Assembly: GCA_029932605.1 (NCBI GenBank)
Contig: JAOZPT010000045.1
Span: 1 to 20,864 of the forward strand
Direction: 5' to 3'
DNA length: 20,864 nt
DNA from: Candidatus Zixiibacteriota bacterium
GTDB lineage: Bacteria > Zixibacteria > MSB-5A5 > UBA10806 > 4484-95
The notes under the pieces: model-generated
Databases searched by the model: none
Told to the model about the DNA's origin: nothing
Seen by the model: the letters and a program-made list of their open reading frames with translations, nothing else
Translations under genes and position numbers: made by a program
Shown: piece by piece, positions 1 through 9,617 of the stretch
Numbering within the stretch: the first letter of the stretch is position 1
Layout: every line of letters begins with the position of its first letter

Positions 1-113
1 TCTATCTTTCGTCAACGTTGATAAAAGATATAGCCTTTTTTGGTGGCGAGGTTGACCTGTTTGTTGATAAAGTAGTGGTTGAGAAAATGAAAAGTAAATT
101 AAAAAGAGATTAG
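1..113 (+). CDS. coaD: 3' end of phosphopantetheine adenylyltransferase (partial, 5' end outside window)
   Basis: Manual translation from nt 3 gives YLSSTLIKDIAFFGGEVDLFVDKVVVEKMKSKLKRD, ending at TAG 111-113. This matches the CoaD C-terminal pattern (Y/F)(L/I)SS(S/T)xV(K/R)E(I/V)AxxGGDVxxFV. Not in the ORF track. Confidence 0.8.
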   Translation, partial: YLSSTLIKDIAFFGGEVDLFVDKVVVEKMKSKLKRD

Positions 114-308
114 ACAAAATCCATTCAAACCGTCAGTAACTATCACAAGTAATATTCGATAACTTATCGAAAATATGCCGACAGTGGAGTTCGAGATTCT
201 CTACAGAAGTCGTGCTGAAATGAAATAGCTAAGAGGGGCTATTACAATATATGTTTAAATTGTACTAAACAAGACTTAATTTGACACCATCTACCTCTGA
301 GAGGTTTT

Positions 309-2594
309 TTATTTTTCCAACGCTTGTTTCACCTTCTGCCATTCGGGGTCGGATTCGAACCTGTTTTTGGTTGCCAGATCGGCGTTTTTTTCAAACTTCT
401 TGTAATACTTTTTGGCATTTTTTGTATCGTCCATCGCCAGATAAGCCTTGGCTATGTAGGCATAAGGTTTGGCATCGGCGAAATTGAGATTTTGTGTTTG
501 CTGGTAGATTTGTATGGCAGCGGGATAGTTTTGACCTTTGAAATAAGCCTCACCGAGTTTGTAATGGGCATTCAAATTGCGGGGATCGATCTCTATGACT
601 TTGCTGAAATCCTGGGCAGCCCGGTAATATTCCCCCTGGTTTAGAAATATCGAGCCACGTGTATATCTTGCGGTAAGGTAATTCGGATTGATATCCAGCA
701 CTCCGCTTAATGCGCCAAGTTGAGTAGGTTTGTCATTTTGGTCACCGGCGATTCTGGCTGCTTTGAGATATGCCGATAAGGCTTTATCTTTATCGCCCTT
801 AGCGCTATAACATCTTGCCGAACCCATTAAAGCCTCGACATTGTTCTCATCTTTCTGTAAAATTTTATTGTATTTTACTAATGCCTTACTATATTGACCG
901 GCCTCTTCTAATTCAGTTGCAAGTTCCTCATCCGATTTTTCTGCAGTTTTTTGGGCAGTTTTTTGTTTTTTTAATTTGAAGCTACTCGAAGAAATCTGGT
1001 CATATTTTATATTAACTTTTTTAGTCAGGTTTTTGTAGCCTTTATATTTAACCGTAATATTGTGTTTTCCCACGGGAACTTTGAAGGTCTGAGAACCCTT
1101 GCCAATATATTCCCCATCAAGGTAAACCTTTGATTTCGATGGAGAAAGTGATACTTTCAGAAACCCGTATTTTTTTACTGGTGGTGTTTGAATCTCTTTC
1201 GATGTTTGTGGTTGAGAATAATCCTGCGACACGAGTTTTTTGGTTGAAGGCGTTCCATACTCGGGGATTGAGAAACTTACAGTGCTTGTGCGGTTTTTTA
1301 TAACCGATATCCTTTCCGACAATATCCCGATTTCTTCATCTTCAAAAGGATATGGCACCTTAGCTTCTACCGTGTATATGTCAGCCGGGATTAAGTCAAA
1401 TATGAAAAATCCAGCATTGTTAGTACGGGTTGATTTTCCTAACTCTTTTATTGTAACCGTAGCTCCCACAACCAGTTCGCCATTTTCAGGATTTTTTAGG
1501 ATGCCCACAATCTGGCCCTTATTTGGGCCATTACCAGTAGTGAAAATAATTAAAAGCAGAAATAGGAGTAAAATTCCACCACCTATTCCAGCTAATAAGG
1601 GTATTCTATTGACCGGTTTCTCCTTTAGCTCAACTACTTTATCGCCGATGGAAATTTCATCACCAACAGCCGCTTTAATGCCACCAATGAGTTTGATCGT
1701 ATTCCCTGATATATAAGCGACTCCTCGTGGTTTTGTCAGAAATTCGGATTTTCTCGATTGGGTTGTTAATTTAACAGCTTTATCTTTTTTAATATCATTT
1801 TTGGTTTTCTCAACACTTTTTTGTTTTTCCTCAGGTGCTTTTTCAACTGGTTTAGACGTATCCTGTGATGGTTCACGACTAGTCAGCGTTTCCTTTGTAG
1901 GTTCAGGCTCGATAGACTTTTTTTCGATAATGGGATTTATGATAATCTTCTGGGTGACATTAGCCTCCTCAGTTTTATCCATTTCCAATTCCTCTTTGGA
2001 TATTTCAGGAGGAGCCTTATCAGTTTCAGATTCACCGGTTGGAATAAGTGGTTTAAGACCTGATGAGACCTCATTACCAGCTATATCTGTTAAAGTTATC
2101 GCTGGACCTTCGTCGGTATCTTCCATTACTACATGTAATTCATCATCACGATATAGGGTAAGCTCCTTTTCAATCGGTTCAGGAGTGATTAAATCCTGCT
2201 CTGAATCTCTAGAAGTCTCTTTGATCAAACCGGTTTCTTCTTCGGAACTATTAGAGTTAATAAACATTGGGCCGGAATCAGATTCTACCTCTTTTATATC
2301 AAACTCATCATCAATAGAAGATTTTTGGTTCTCTGCATGGTCCTCTGAGCTTAACGACTTTCCTACCATTATTTTTTCATCTGCTGGTTTATCCGTTTGC
2401 TGGACCAGTTTTTTATTCTTTTCACCGGAAAAAACATTTTCATCAGTTTGCTCCAATGAATGTGGTACCTGTTTTTGTTGCTCTATGGGTGTTTCCGCGT
2501 TATCTGTTTTTTTGTGTAAAGGTGTATGACATTTTTTACAAATAGTAGCACCGTCAAAAAGGTTTTTAGTCCCGCACTTATTACAAATAATCAC
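309..2594 (-). CDS. Single-pass membrane protein: N-terminal zinc ribbon, acidic disordered linker, TM helix, carboxypeptidase-regulatory-like Ig domain, PEGA domain, C-terminal TPR repeats
   Basis: GTG start with a G-rich SD. CNKC..CKKC zinc ribbon; E/K/P/S/T-rich linker; TM LLAGIGGGILLLFLLLIIF; GQIVGILKNPENGELVVGATVTI...TNNAGFFIFDLIPADIYTVEAK (CarboxypepD_reg-like); GFLKVSLSPSKSKVYLDGEYIG...GKHNITVKYKGY (PEGA); several TPR helices (AAQDFSKVIEIDPRNLNAHYKLG). Confidence 0.85.
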   Translation of the reverse strand: MIICNKCGTKNLFDGATICKKCHTPLHKKTDNAETPIEQQKQVPHSLEQTDENVFSGEKNKKLVQQTDKPADEKIMVGKSLSSEDHAENQKSSIDDEFDIKEVESDSGPMFINSNSSEEETGLIKETSRDSEQDLITPEPIEKELTLYRDDELHVVMEDTDEGPAITLTDIAGNEVSSGLKPLIPTGESETDKAPPEISKEELEMDKTEEANVTQKIIINPIIEKKSIEPEPTKETLTSREPSQDTSKPVEKAPEEKQKSVEKTKNDIKKDKAVKLTTQSRKSEFLTKPRGVAYISGNTIKLIGGIKAAVGDEISIGDKVVELKEKPVNRIPLLAGIGGGILLLFLLLIIFTTGNGPNKGQIVGILKNPENGELVVGATVTIKELGKSTRTNNAGFFIFDLIPADIYTVEAKVPYPFEDEEIGILSERISVIKNRTSTVSFSIPEYGTPSTKKLVSQDYSQPQTSKEIQTPPVKKYGFLKVSLSPSKSKVYLDGEYIGKGSQTFKVPVGKHNITVKYKGYKNLTKKVNIKYDQISSSSFKLKKQKTAQKTAEKSDEELATELEEAGQYSKALVKYNKILQKDENNVEALMGSARCYSAKGDKDKALSAYLKAARIAGDQNDKPTQLGALSGVLDINPNYLTARYTRGSIFLNQGEYYRAAQDFSKVIEIDPRNLNAHYKLGEAYFKGQNYPAAIQIYQQTQNLNFADAKPYAYIAKAYLAMDDTKNAKKYYKKFEKNADLATKNRFESDPEWQKVKQALEK

Positions 2595-2846
2595 GATATC
2601 CCCCGATTTATCTTGATATTGTTAGCGACTTACTATGAATATTATCGTCTTGCTTAAGATTATCTTAACGATGTGTTTATGTAATTTTTTTTTGTTAAAT
2701 CAAGGGAAAATCATATTTGGCTAAGGATATTGATTAGATGCGATACGGTTGATTTTTTCAATCGGAAATTATAAAGAAGTTGAAACAATAAATATTTACA
2801 ACTATATAATATTAAAAAGGTTAGATTAAAATACTGGAATTATAAC

Positions 2847-2875
2847 TTGCATTTATATTTAATATATTTTATATT
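2847..2875 (+). promoter_or_regulatory. Sigma70-type promoter of the rimP-nusA-infB operon
   Basis: TTGCAT (2847-2852), 17-bp spacer, TATATT (2870-2875), directly upstream of the leader hairpin. The region is AT-rich, so chance matches are possible. Confidence 0.55.
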
Positions 2876-2883
2876 ATTTAGTT

Positions 2884-2911
2884 GGGAGTGGGTTGACAAT
2901 CCCACTTTTTT
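2884..2911 (+). promoter_or_regulatory. rimP leader attenuator hairpin (terminator-like)
   Basis: AGTGGG (2887-2892) pairs with CCCACT (2901-2906) and runs into a T tract. It lies between the promoter and the rimP ATG, the position of the known rimP/ylxS leader terminator. Confidence 0.75.
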
Positions 2912-2939
2912 GCTATTATAGATTGTTGATTTTATCGTT

Positions 2940-3386
2940 ATGGATAAAATTGAGCAGATAAAAGAAAGATTTAATTCCATAGCCTACCAGCTCGGTTACG
3001 AACTGGTGGAATTAAATGGAATAAAACTCGGTGGAAGGTCGGTTATACGGGCTTATATACACAAACCCGGTGGAGTTACCATAAATGATTGTCAGACTCT
3101 CACTCGGGCTTATTCAGATTATCTTGATTCGGAGGATGTGATCCACGGTAAATATACTCTTGAGGTTTCTTCTTTAGGGCTTGATCGTCCTCTGGTCAAA
3201 CCTGACGATTTTAGGAGGCGGATTGGGGAGTTGATAAACCTGATTCTTTTACCTGGTAGTTATCAATCAAAAATTGTTAAGGGCAAACTGATTGTGGCTG
3301 ATGATAAGGGCGTGACGTTATTGAATAATGGCCAGGAAAAGTTTTTCGATTATAATAAAATAAAAAGGGGGAAAATTATTTATTAA
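2940..3386 (+). CDS. rimP: Ribosome maturation factor RimP
   Basis: GGVTINDC and YTLEVSSLGLDRPL motifs; first gene upstream of nusA. Confidence 0.95.
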   Translation: MDKIEQIKERFNSIAYQLGYELVELNGIKLGGRSVIRAYIHKPGGVTINDCQTLTRAYSDYLDSEDVIHGKYTLEVSSLGLDRPLVKPDDFRRRIGELINLILLPGSYQSKIVKGKLIVADDKGVTLLNNGQEKFFDYNKIKRGKIIY

Positions 3387-3406
3387 AATTTAAACGGAGG
3401 CAAATT

Positions 3407-4756
3407 ATGAATTATGATATATTAGAAGCTTTAAATCAGATAGCAAGTGAAAAAAACCTTGAACTGGATTATGTCTTGGAGACAGTTGAGTCTGCTTTAG
3501 TAGCAGCAGCGAAAAAGAAGTTTGGTGATAATGAGACGATTAAAGCTGAAATGGATCGTTCTAGTGGTGAAATCAAGATGTTTTGTACTAAAAAAGTGGT
3601 AGAACATCTCAAAGATCCGGTTAATGAGATGACTGTGGACGAGGCTGAGCAGTATTATGAGGACGTCGAAGTGGGGCAAGAGCTTGACGTTCCAATTGAT
3701 TTTTATGAATTTGGTCGGAATGCTATTGCGTCGGCTAAACAGATTTTAATCCAGAAAGTGCGAGAGGCAGAACGGGAACAGATATATGAAGAATACAGTA
3801 AAAGAATAGGCAGTTTGGCAACCGGTACGGTTCAACAGATTGATAAAGGTAATATATTGGTCAACCTTGGTAGAGCCGAGGGTATTATCTTAACTAAAGA
3901 ACAGATTAAGAAAGAGAAGTTTCGCCAGGGTGACAGAATCAAGGCATATATTTATGATGTTCAGAAGACTAATCGTGGACCTCAGATTAGCCTTTCTCGT
4001 TCATCGCCAGATTTTTTGAGAAAACTCTTTGAGATTGAAGTACCCGAGATAGCTGAGAAGATAATCGAAATTAAGGCAATCGCCAGAGAACCCGGAGAAC
4101 GAAGCAAGATCGCTGTTTTTTCCAATGATGACCGAATTGATGCGGTTGGTGCCTGTGTTGGTGTGAAGGGAGTGCGGGTTCAGAGTATAGTCCGCGAGCT
4201 AAACAATGAACGTATCGATATTGTGCCCTGGTCATCGGAATCAATGATATTTGTAACAAAGAGCTTGGCTCCTGCCAAGATAGTCAATGTTGATATTTTC
4301 CACGAAGACAAGAAGATGCTTGTAATTGTAGCTGATGACAAACTTTCACTGGCAATAGGAAAAGCTGGTCAAAATGCTCGACTGGCTGCTAAATTAACCG
4401 GTTGGAAAATTAATATCATGTCCGAAACTGAATACAATGCTCTTCGCCAGACAGAGGAGATGGAAAAGGTTGACATAGAGGAAATCGCCGGGATTTCCGA
4501 AAAGATGCGTACCAAGTTACTATCAGTGGGCATTGAGACAGCTCAGGATATGATTACCAAAGGGATCGATAAGATGTTGGAGTTAGACGGAGTAGGTAAA
4601 AAAACAGCTGAAAGATTGTTGGAAGTAGCTAAGGATGCTATTGATAAAAAGATGGCCGAGATTGAAAAAGCAGCCACTGAAACAGGAATTGAAAAACCTG
4701 TCGAATTCGAATTCTCACCTGACGATAGCGAATCGTCTCGTCTGAAAGATTATTAA
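3407..4756 (+). CDS. nusA: Transcription termination/antitermination factor NusA with C-terminal helix-hairpin-helix extension
   Basis: FGRNAIASAKQ, AREPGERSKIAV, GACVGVKGVRVQ, LSLAIGKAGQNARLAAKLTGWKINI; SD GGAGG. Confidence 0.98.
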   Translation: MNYDILEALNQIASEKNLELDYVLETVESALVAAAKKKFGDNETIKAEMDRSSGEIKMFCTKKVVEHLKDPVNEMTVDEAEQYYEDVEVGQELDVPIDFYEFGRNAIASAKQILIQKVREAEREQIYEEYSKRIGSLATGTVQQIDKGNILVNLGRAEGIILTKEQIKKEKFRQGDRIKAYIYDVQKTNRGPQISLSRSSPDFLRKLFEIEVPEIAEKIIEIKAIAREPGERSKIAVFSNDDRIDAVGACVGVKGVRVQSIVRELNNERIDIVPWSSESMIFVTKSLAPAKIVNVDIFHEDKKMLVIVADDKLSLAIGKAGQNARLAAKLTGWKINIMSETEYNALRQTEEMEKVDIEEIAGISEKMRTKLLSVGIETAQDMITKGIDKMLELDGVGKKTAERLLEVAKDAIDKKMAEIEKAATETGIEKPVEFEFSPDDSESSRLKDY

Positions 4757-4826
4757 TTGGTTGAAGAGAGTGTTTTAAATACATATTTGTTAATAAGATG
4801 AATAATAAATTTGCCCGGGAGGGAAT

Positions 4827-7070
4827 ATGGTAAAGAAAAGAATATATGATGTTGCTAAAGAATACAATATTTCTTCCAAGGCAATGGTTGATATTATCAG
4901 GGGACTCGGTTTTAAAGTAAAATCGCATTCATCTACTGTGGGACCGGATGTTCTTCAAGCTGTAAAGAACAAACTTAAAGCTGAGAAAGAAGAGGTTAAA
5001 AAGGGTTTTGAGAAGAAAAAGGAAAAGGAACTAAAACGAAGAGAGGAACAGGAAATCCAGCGTTTAAAGAAGGAAGCTGAAAGAAGAATTTTAGCTGAAC
5101 TTGCTAAGTCCAAGAAAAAACTGATAAAAAAAGTTGAATCTGGAAAAGTAGAAGGCCGGCGCCGGAAAGACCGAAAACGTCGTCATAAAGAAAGGATTGT
5201 TGACAAAAAAGCTGTTCAAGCTACATTCCGTCAGACCATGTCTAGTCTCAGTACCACCAAACGGAGGAAATATTATCGACATGAAAAAGAGGTCGAAACA
5301 AAACCTACCGAAATTAAAAAAACCATTAAGGTTTCAGAATTTATTACTGTTTCGGAACTGGCTAATCTTATGGAGGTTAAACCAGCACAGGTTGTGGCCA
5401 AGTGTATGGAACTGGGAATGATGGCAACTATCAACCAGCGCTTAGATATGGATACCCTCTCAACTATTGCACTTGAATTTGGTTTCAATGTGGAGGAAGA
5501 CAAACTTTTTGATGAAGAGATTATAGAAAAAACTGAAGGCGAGGTTTCACTTCAGAAACGACCGCCGGTTGTTACTATTATGGGGCATGTAGATCATGGC
5601 AAAACATCCCTTTTAGATTACATCCGCAAATCAAATATCATAGCAGGAGAATCGGGAAGTATCACTCAACACATTGGTGCATATTTGGTAAATCTTCCTG
5701 GAGGCAAAATCACATTTTTGGATACTCCTGGCCATGAGGCTTTTTCAGCAATGAGAGCGAGAGGAGCCCAAGTTACGGATATAGTTGTTTTGGTTGTAGC
5801 TGCTGATGATGCAGTAATGCCTCAAACAATTGAAGCTATAGACCATGCACGCGCCGCGGGTGTACCGATTATAGTAGCTATCAACAAAATAGACCTTCCC
5901 AACGTCAACGTCGAGAACATCAAAAATCAATTAGCCAAATATAATCTTGTTCCCGAAGAATGGGGAGGCAAAACCATAACTGTCGAAATTTCGGCCAAAT
6001 TTGGAACCAATGTAGATAAGCTTCTGGAAATGGTCCTGTTGCAGGCTGAACTTATGGATATCAAGGCCGATGTTGACCGTCTGGCAGTTGGTGTTGTGAT
6101 TGAAGCTAAACTTGACCGTGGTAAAGGAGCTATCTGTACGGTCTTAATTCAAAAGGGTACTCTAAAAGTAGGTGACCCTTTTATAAACGGTGTTTATAGC
6201 GGTAAAGTAAGAGCTATGTTGGATGAAAGAGGAAGACATTTAACGAGAGCAACTCCATCAATACCAGTCCAGGTTCTTGGGTCAAATGGTGTACCTCAAG
6301 CTGGGGATCCGTTTATTGTGACAAGAAGCGAATCCGAAGCTAAGACCATAAGCCAGAAAAAACTTCGTCTGAAACGCGAAAGAGATTACAGATATATTAA
6401 AAGAATAAAGCTTATGGACGTTTTTGAGCGGATTAAAGAGGGTCAGATACGTGAGCTTAATTTAATTATAAAAGGTGATGTTGACGGTTCGGTTGAAGCT
6501 CTCTCTGATACTCTTTCTAAAATCGAACATAAAGAGGTTGCGGTAAGGGTTATCCATAAGAGTGTGGGGCGTATAAGCGAATCTGATGTTATGTTGGCAG
6601 CGGCTTCTCAAGCCATTATCATTGGATTTCATACAAAGCCTGAGCATAAAGCGGCTGAATTGGCTAAACGAGAGAATGTTGATATAAAGCTTTATAAAAT
6701 AATTTATGAGGCCAAATCTGACATTAAGAAAGCGCTTGAAGGCCTGTTACGTCCGGATTTAGTCGAGGTCAAAACAGGTCAGGCTGAAATTCGCCAGATT
6801 ATCAGGATCCCCAGTGTGGGAAATATTGCCGGCTGTTTGGTAAGAGATGGTGTTATCCGTCGGGGCGCTAAATGCAAACTTTTACGTAACGATGTTGTCG
6901 TCGGTGAGGCAACTATAACCTCTTTAAAGAGATTTAAAGATGATGTAAAGGAGGTTCAAAACGGTTATGAATGTGGTATCGGTATCTCGAATATTTCTGA
7001 TGCCGAAGTGGGTGATATAATTGAGACCTATGAGATCGAGGAAAAAACTAGAACTCTAGAGACTGTTTAA
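4827..7070 (+). CDS. infB: Translation initiation factor IF-2
   Basis: IF2_N domain ([11 protein letters not shown]); G-domain motifs [17 protein letters not shown] and NKID; C-terminal [19 protein letters not shown]. Confidence 0.99.
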   Translation: MVKKRIYDVAKEYNISSKAMVDIIRGLGFKVKSHSSTVGPDVLQAVKNKLKAEKEEVKKGFEKKKEKELKRREEQEIQRLKKEAERRILAELAKSKKKLIKKVESGKVEGRRRKDRKRRHKERIVDKKAVQATFRQTMSSLSTTKRRKYYRHEKEVETKPTEIKKTIKVSEFITVSELANLMEVKPAQVVAKCMELGMMATINQRLDMDTLSTIALEFGFNVEEDKLFDEEIIEKTEGEVSLQKRPPVVTIMGHVDHGKTSLLDYIRKSNIIAGESGSITQHIGAYLVNLPGGKITFLDTPGHEAFSAMRARGAQVTDIVVLVVAADDAVMPQTIEAIDHARAAGVPIIVAINKIDLPNVNVENIKNQLAKYNLVPEEWGGKTITVEISAKFGTNVDKLLEMVLLQAELMDIKADVDRLAVGVVIEAKLDRGKGAICTVLIQKGTLKVGDPFINGVYSGKVRAMLDERGRHLTRATPSIPVQVLGSNGVPQAGDPFIVTRSESEAKTISQKKLRLKRERDYRYIKRIKLMDVFERIKEGQIRELNLIIKGDVDGSVEALSDTLSKIEHKEVAVRVIHKSVGRISESDVMLAAASQAIIIGFHTKPEHKAAELAKRENVDIKLYKIIYEAKSDIKKALEGLLRPDLVEVKTGQAEIRQIIRIPSVGNIAGCLVRDGVIRRGAKCKLLRNDVVVGEATITSLKRFKDDVKEVQNGYECGIGISNISDAEVGDIIETYEIEEKTRTLETV

Positions 7071-7075
7071 GTCGG

Positions 7076-7363
7076 GTGACCATGGCTATTGGATTGGTTA
7101 GGTTTCGATTACATTTTCCCGGAGCGGGTTCATTGAAATCCAAAAGGAAAATACTTCTATCCCTGAAAGACAGGATAAGAAATAGATTTAATGTTTCGGT
7201 AGCTGAATTGGAGGACAATGACCTCTGGCAAAAATGTACACTTGGAGTGGCGATTATTGCCAACGACAGAAATTTTGCTAATTCTGTTTTATCAAAAATC
7301 ATTGATTTGGTTAACAGTCGTCCTGAAATGGTTGTAACCAATATAGATATGGAGTGGTTTTGA
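7076..7363 (+). CDS. DUF503 (YlxP-like) protein; start may be ATG 7082
   Basis: SLKSKRKILLSLKDRIRNRFNVSVAE...DLWQ signature; conserved position between infB and rbfA. Confidence 0.9.
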   Translation: MTMAIGLVRFRLHFPGAGSLKSKRKILLSLKDRIRNRFNVSVAELEDNDLWQKCTLGVAIIANDRNFANSVLSKIIDLVNSRPEMVVTNIDMEWF

Positions 7364-7719
7364 GAGATTTTTCCAGAGCTGACAGATTGTCATCACAGAT
7401 AGCCCGCGAGCTATCAGAGATACTTTTAAACAACACTTCAATACCACCTGATACGATTATCAGTATTACCGGAGTCGAGCTTTCAAGAGATCTCCGATAT
7501 GGAAAGGTTTATTATTCAGCCTATGGTGATGAACATGCCTCAAATAGAGCGGAAAGTTTCTTTAAAAAGAAACAAAAACAAATCCGGATGGAACTTGCCG
7601 GTAAAATCCGTGTAAAATTTGTTCCCGAATTGAAATTCATTTTCGACATTTCAATGGAACGGGGACAACGTATTAGTGAATTGCTTGATAGAATAAGAAA
7701 GAATGAACAACAAGATTGA
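7354..7719 (+). CDS. rbfA: 30S ribosome-binding factor A; true start possibly TTG 7360, overlapping the upstream TGA
   Basis: RADRLSSQIARELSEIL, ITGVELSRDLRYGKVY, PELKFIFD; GGAG at 7351-7354 would serve TTG 7360. Confidence 0.95.
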   Translation: MVLRDFSRADRLSSQIARELSEILLNNTSIPPDTIISITGVELSRDLRYGKVYYSAYGDEHASNRAESFFKKKQKQIRMELAGKIRVKFVPELKFIFDISMERGQRISELLDRIRKNEQQD

Positions 7720-8680
7720 TATCCAAAGATTTTTAACTTTAATAAAAAATGTCAACCGGTTTCTATTGACCTCACATCAGGACCCTGATGGAGATTCTAT
7801 CGGTTCCCTTGTTGGATTACGTAGTTTTCTTAAAGGTCTTAGTAAAAAAGTCGTTGTTTACAACCATGGGAGAATGCCCGCAAGGTATAGTTTTCTTGAT
7901 CCTGATGCTGAGACCAGGTTTTCAATGTCACCTTTGCCGTTTTTACCGGAAACGGTTGTCGTTCTGGAATGCCCGAATATCGGGCGGATAGGATTTGTCA
8001 AAGATTATATAAAAACAGGAATGACAATTGTAAATATCGATCACCACAATAATAATACCTTGTTTGGTGATATAAATATTATAGATCCCTCGGCATGTGC
8101 GGTTGGTGAAATTCTATATGATATCATCAAAACCGGTGGATATAAAATTACCCCAGAAATTGCCAAACCATTGTATGCAGCAATAGTTTCTGATACTGGT
8201 AGATTTAAATTTCCCAATACGGACTCAAAATGTTTTTTAACCGCTTCGGAATTGGTTAAAGCGGGAGCCAGCCCGAAAGAAATTTCCGATAAAATATTTT
8301 CATCCTATTCACCCGAAACCATAAAACTTCTCGGTCACATACTTGAAACACTTAAGCTTTATGATAATGGTGAAATATGCGTTCTAAGATTGCCAAAAGA
8401 AGACCTTAAAAAATATAATGTCAATGTTGAGGATACTGAGGGCATAATTGATTATTCGTTGGTTATATCCGGTGTCAAGGTTGGGATATTATTCAAAGAG
8501 CATGATTCTCAAACAGTGAAAGTCAGTTTACGCTCGCAGAACGATATAGATGTTTGTGATTATGCTAAACAAAAAGGTGGAGGCGGTCATACTAATGCTG
8601 CAGGTTTCACTGTTAAAAAACGGCTCGAGGAGGTAATTGATACAGTAGTAGCCGAAGTCTCGGAGCATTTAGATGGTTGA
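7703..8680 (+). CDS. nrnA: DHH/DHHA1 bifunctional oligoribonuclease / PAP phosphatase (NrnA family)
   Basis: HQDPDGDSIGS, NIDHH, SDTGRF, KVSLRS, GGGGHTNAAG; usual position between rbfA and truB. Confidence 0.9.
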   Translation: MNNKIDIQRFLTLIKNVNRFLLTSHQDPDGDSIGSLVGLRSFLKGLSKKVVVYNHGRMPARYSFLDPDAETRFSMSPLPFLPETVVVLECPNIGRIGFVKDYIKTGMTIVNIDHHNNNTLFGDINIIDPSACAVGEILYDIIKTGGYKITPEIAKPLYAAIVSDTGRFKFPNTDSKCFLTASELVKAGASPKEISDKIFSSYSPETIKLLGHILETLKLYDNGEICVLRLPKEDLKKYNVNVEDTEGIIDYSLVISGVKVGILFKEHDSQTVKVSLRSQNDIDVCDYAKQKGGGGHTNAAGFTVKKRLEEVIDTVVAEVSEHLDG

Positions 8681-9617
8681 TGGTATTCTACTTCTAAACA
8701 AGCCTCAAGGTATAAGCTCTCACGACCTTGTTGACAGAGTTAGAAAAATTATCAAACAACGTCGAGTAGGGCATACAGGTATTTTAGACCCGATGGCAAC
8801 TGGCTTGATGGTGCTTTTGTTGGGTAGAGGAACGCTCTTTTCTCAACAACTTACCAGTTCTGATAAAAAATATTCTGCCAATTTCATTTTTGGTAAGACA
8901 ACTGATAGTTTCGATGGTGAGGGTAAGTTAGTTGCTGAAAAGGACCCAGGCTTTATAAATATGGGTAGATTTGAGAAATTGTGCAATCAATACTTGGGTA
9001 AAATCAGACAACTCGTGCCTCCTTTTTCAGCTGTTAAATTAAACGGTCGGAAGATGTACAAAGTGGCCAGAAAAGGTGAAACGGTTCCTGAGATGTATAA
9101 AGATGTTGAGATATATTCCATTAAAATCACCTCTTTTAAATGGCCAGAAGTTAATCTTGATATTCATTGTTCGGTAGGTACTTATGTTCGAAGTTTAGCT
9201 CACCAGATGGGTCAACAACTAGGCTGTGGCGGTTATCTAAAAAGCCTGGTCAGAACCGGTATAGGAAGTTTCACCATTAACCAGGCGATTTCATTAGAAA
9301 TGTTTGAAAATTCAATCAAAGCCGGGGACTATAGTTCGGTTCTTCAACTGGTTGAGGCTTTACCAAATAAACCTAAAATGTCTATAAAACCTGAGTATTT
9401 CAGATCTATACTCGAGGGAAAACCGTTTATAAAAAAATACCTTTATTACACAGATTACAAAGGTCCCGGAGGATGTTTATCTCTTCTTCTGGGACCTGAC
9501 GATAAGGTGCTGGCGTTAGTTAAATTAAACTACAGCTGGGGAAGTTTTGATAGGCTTGATAGTCGTGATGTTCTTGGGAAATATGTGAGGGTTATCGATG
9601 AAGGTCATTTACGGTAA
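8673..9617 (+). CDS. truB: tRNA pseudouridine(55) synthase
   Basis: LLNKPQGISSHD, VGHTGILDPMATG (catalytic Asp present), PPFSAVKLNG, CSVGTYVRSLA. Confidence 0.96.
   Translation: MVDGILLLNKPQGISSHDLVDRVRKIIKQRRVGHTGILDPMATGLMVLLLGRGTLFSQQLTSSDKKYSANFIFGKTTDSFDGEGKLVAEKDPGFINMGRFEKLCNQYLGKIRQLVPPFSAVKLNGRKMYKVARKGETVPEMYKDVEIYSIKITSFKWPEVNLDIHCSVGTYVRSLAHQMGQQLGCGGYLKSLVRTGIGSFTINQAISLEMFENSIKAGDYSSVLQLVEALPNKPKMSIKPEYFRSILEGKPFIKKYLYYTDYKGPGGCLSLLLGPDDKVLALVKLNYSWGSFDRLDSRDVLGKYVRVIDEGHLR

Noticed and set aside
3..30. 28-bp near-palindrome TATCTTTCGTCAAC/GTTGATAAAAGATA
   Set aside because: It lies inside the coaD coding frame (YLSSTLIKD) and has two mismatches; likely coincidental.
293..310. 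ACCTC-TGA-GAGGT hairpin plus T run
   Set aside because: Only a 5-bp stem with a 3-nt loop, and 180 nt from the coaD stop; too weak to call a terminator.
1240..2529. Long plus-strand ORFs (158 aa and 242 aa)
   Set aside because: Ser/Phe-rich antisense shadows of the Glu/Lys-rich minus-strand gene, with no motifs or SD.
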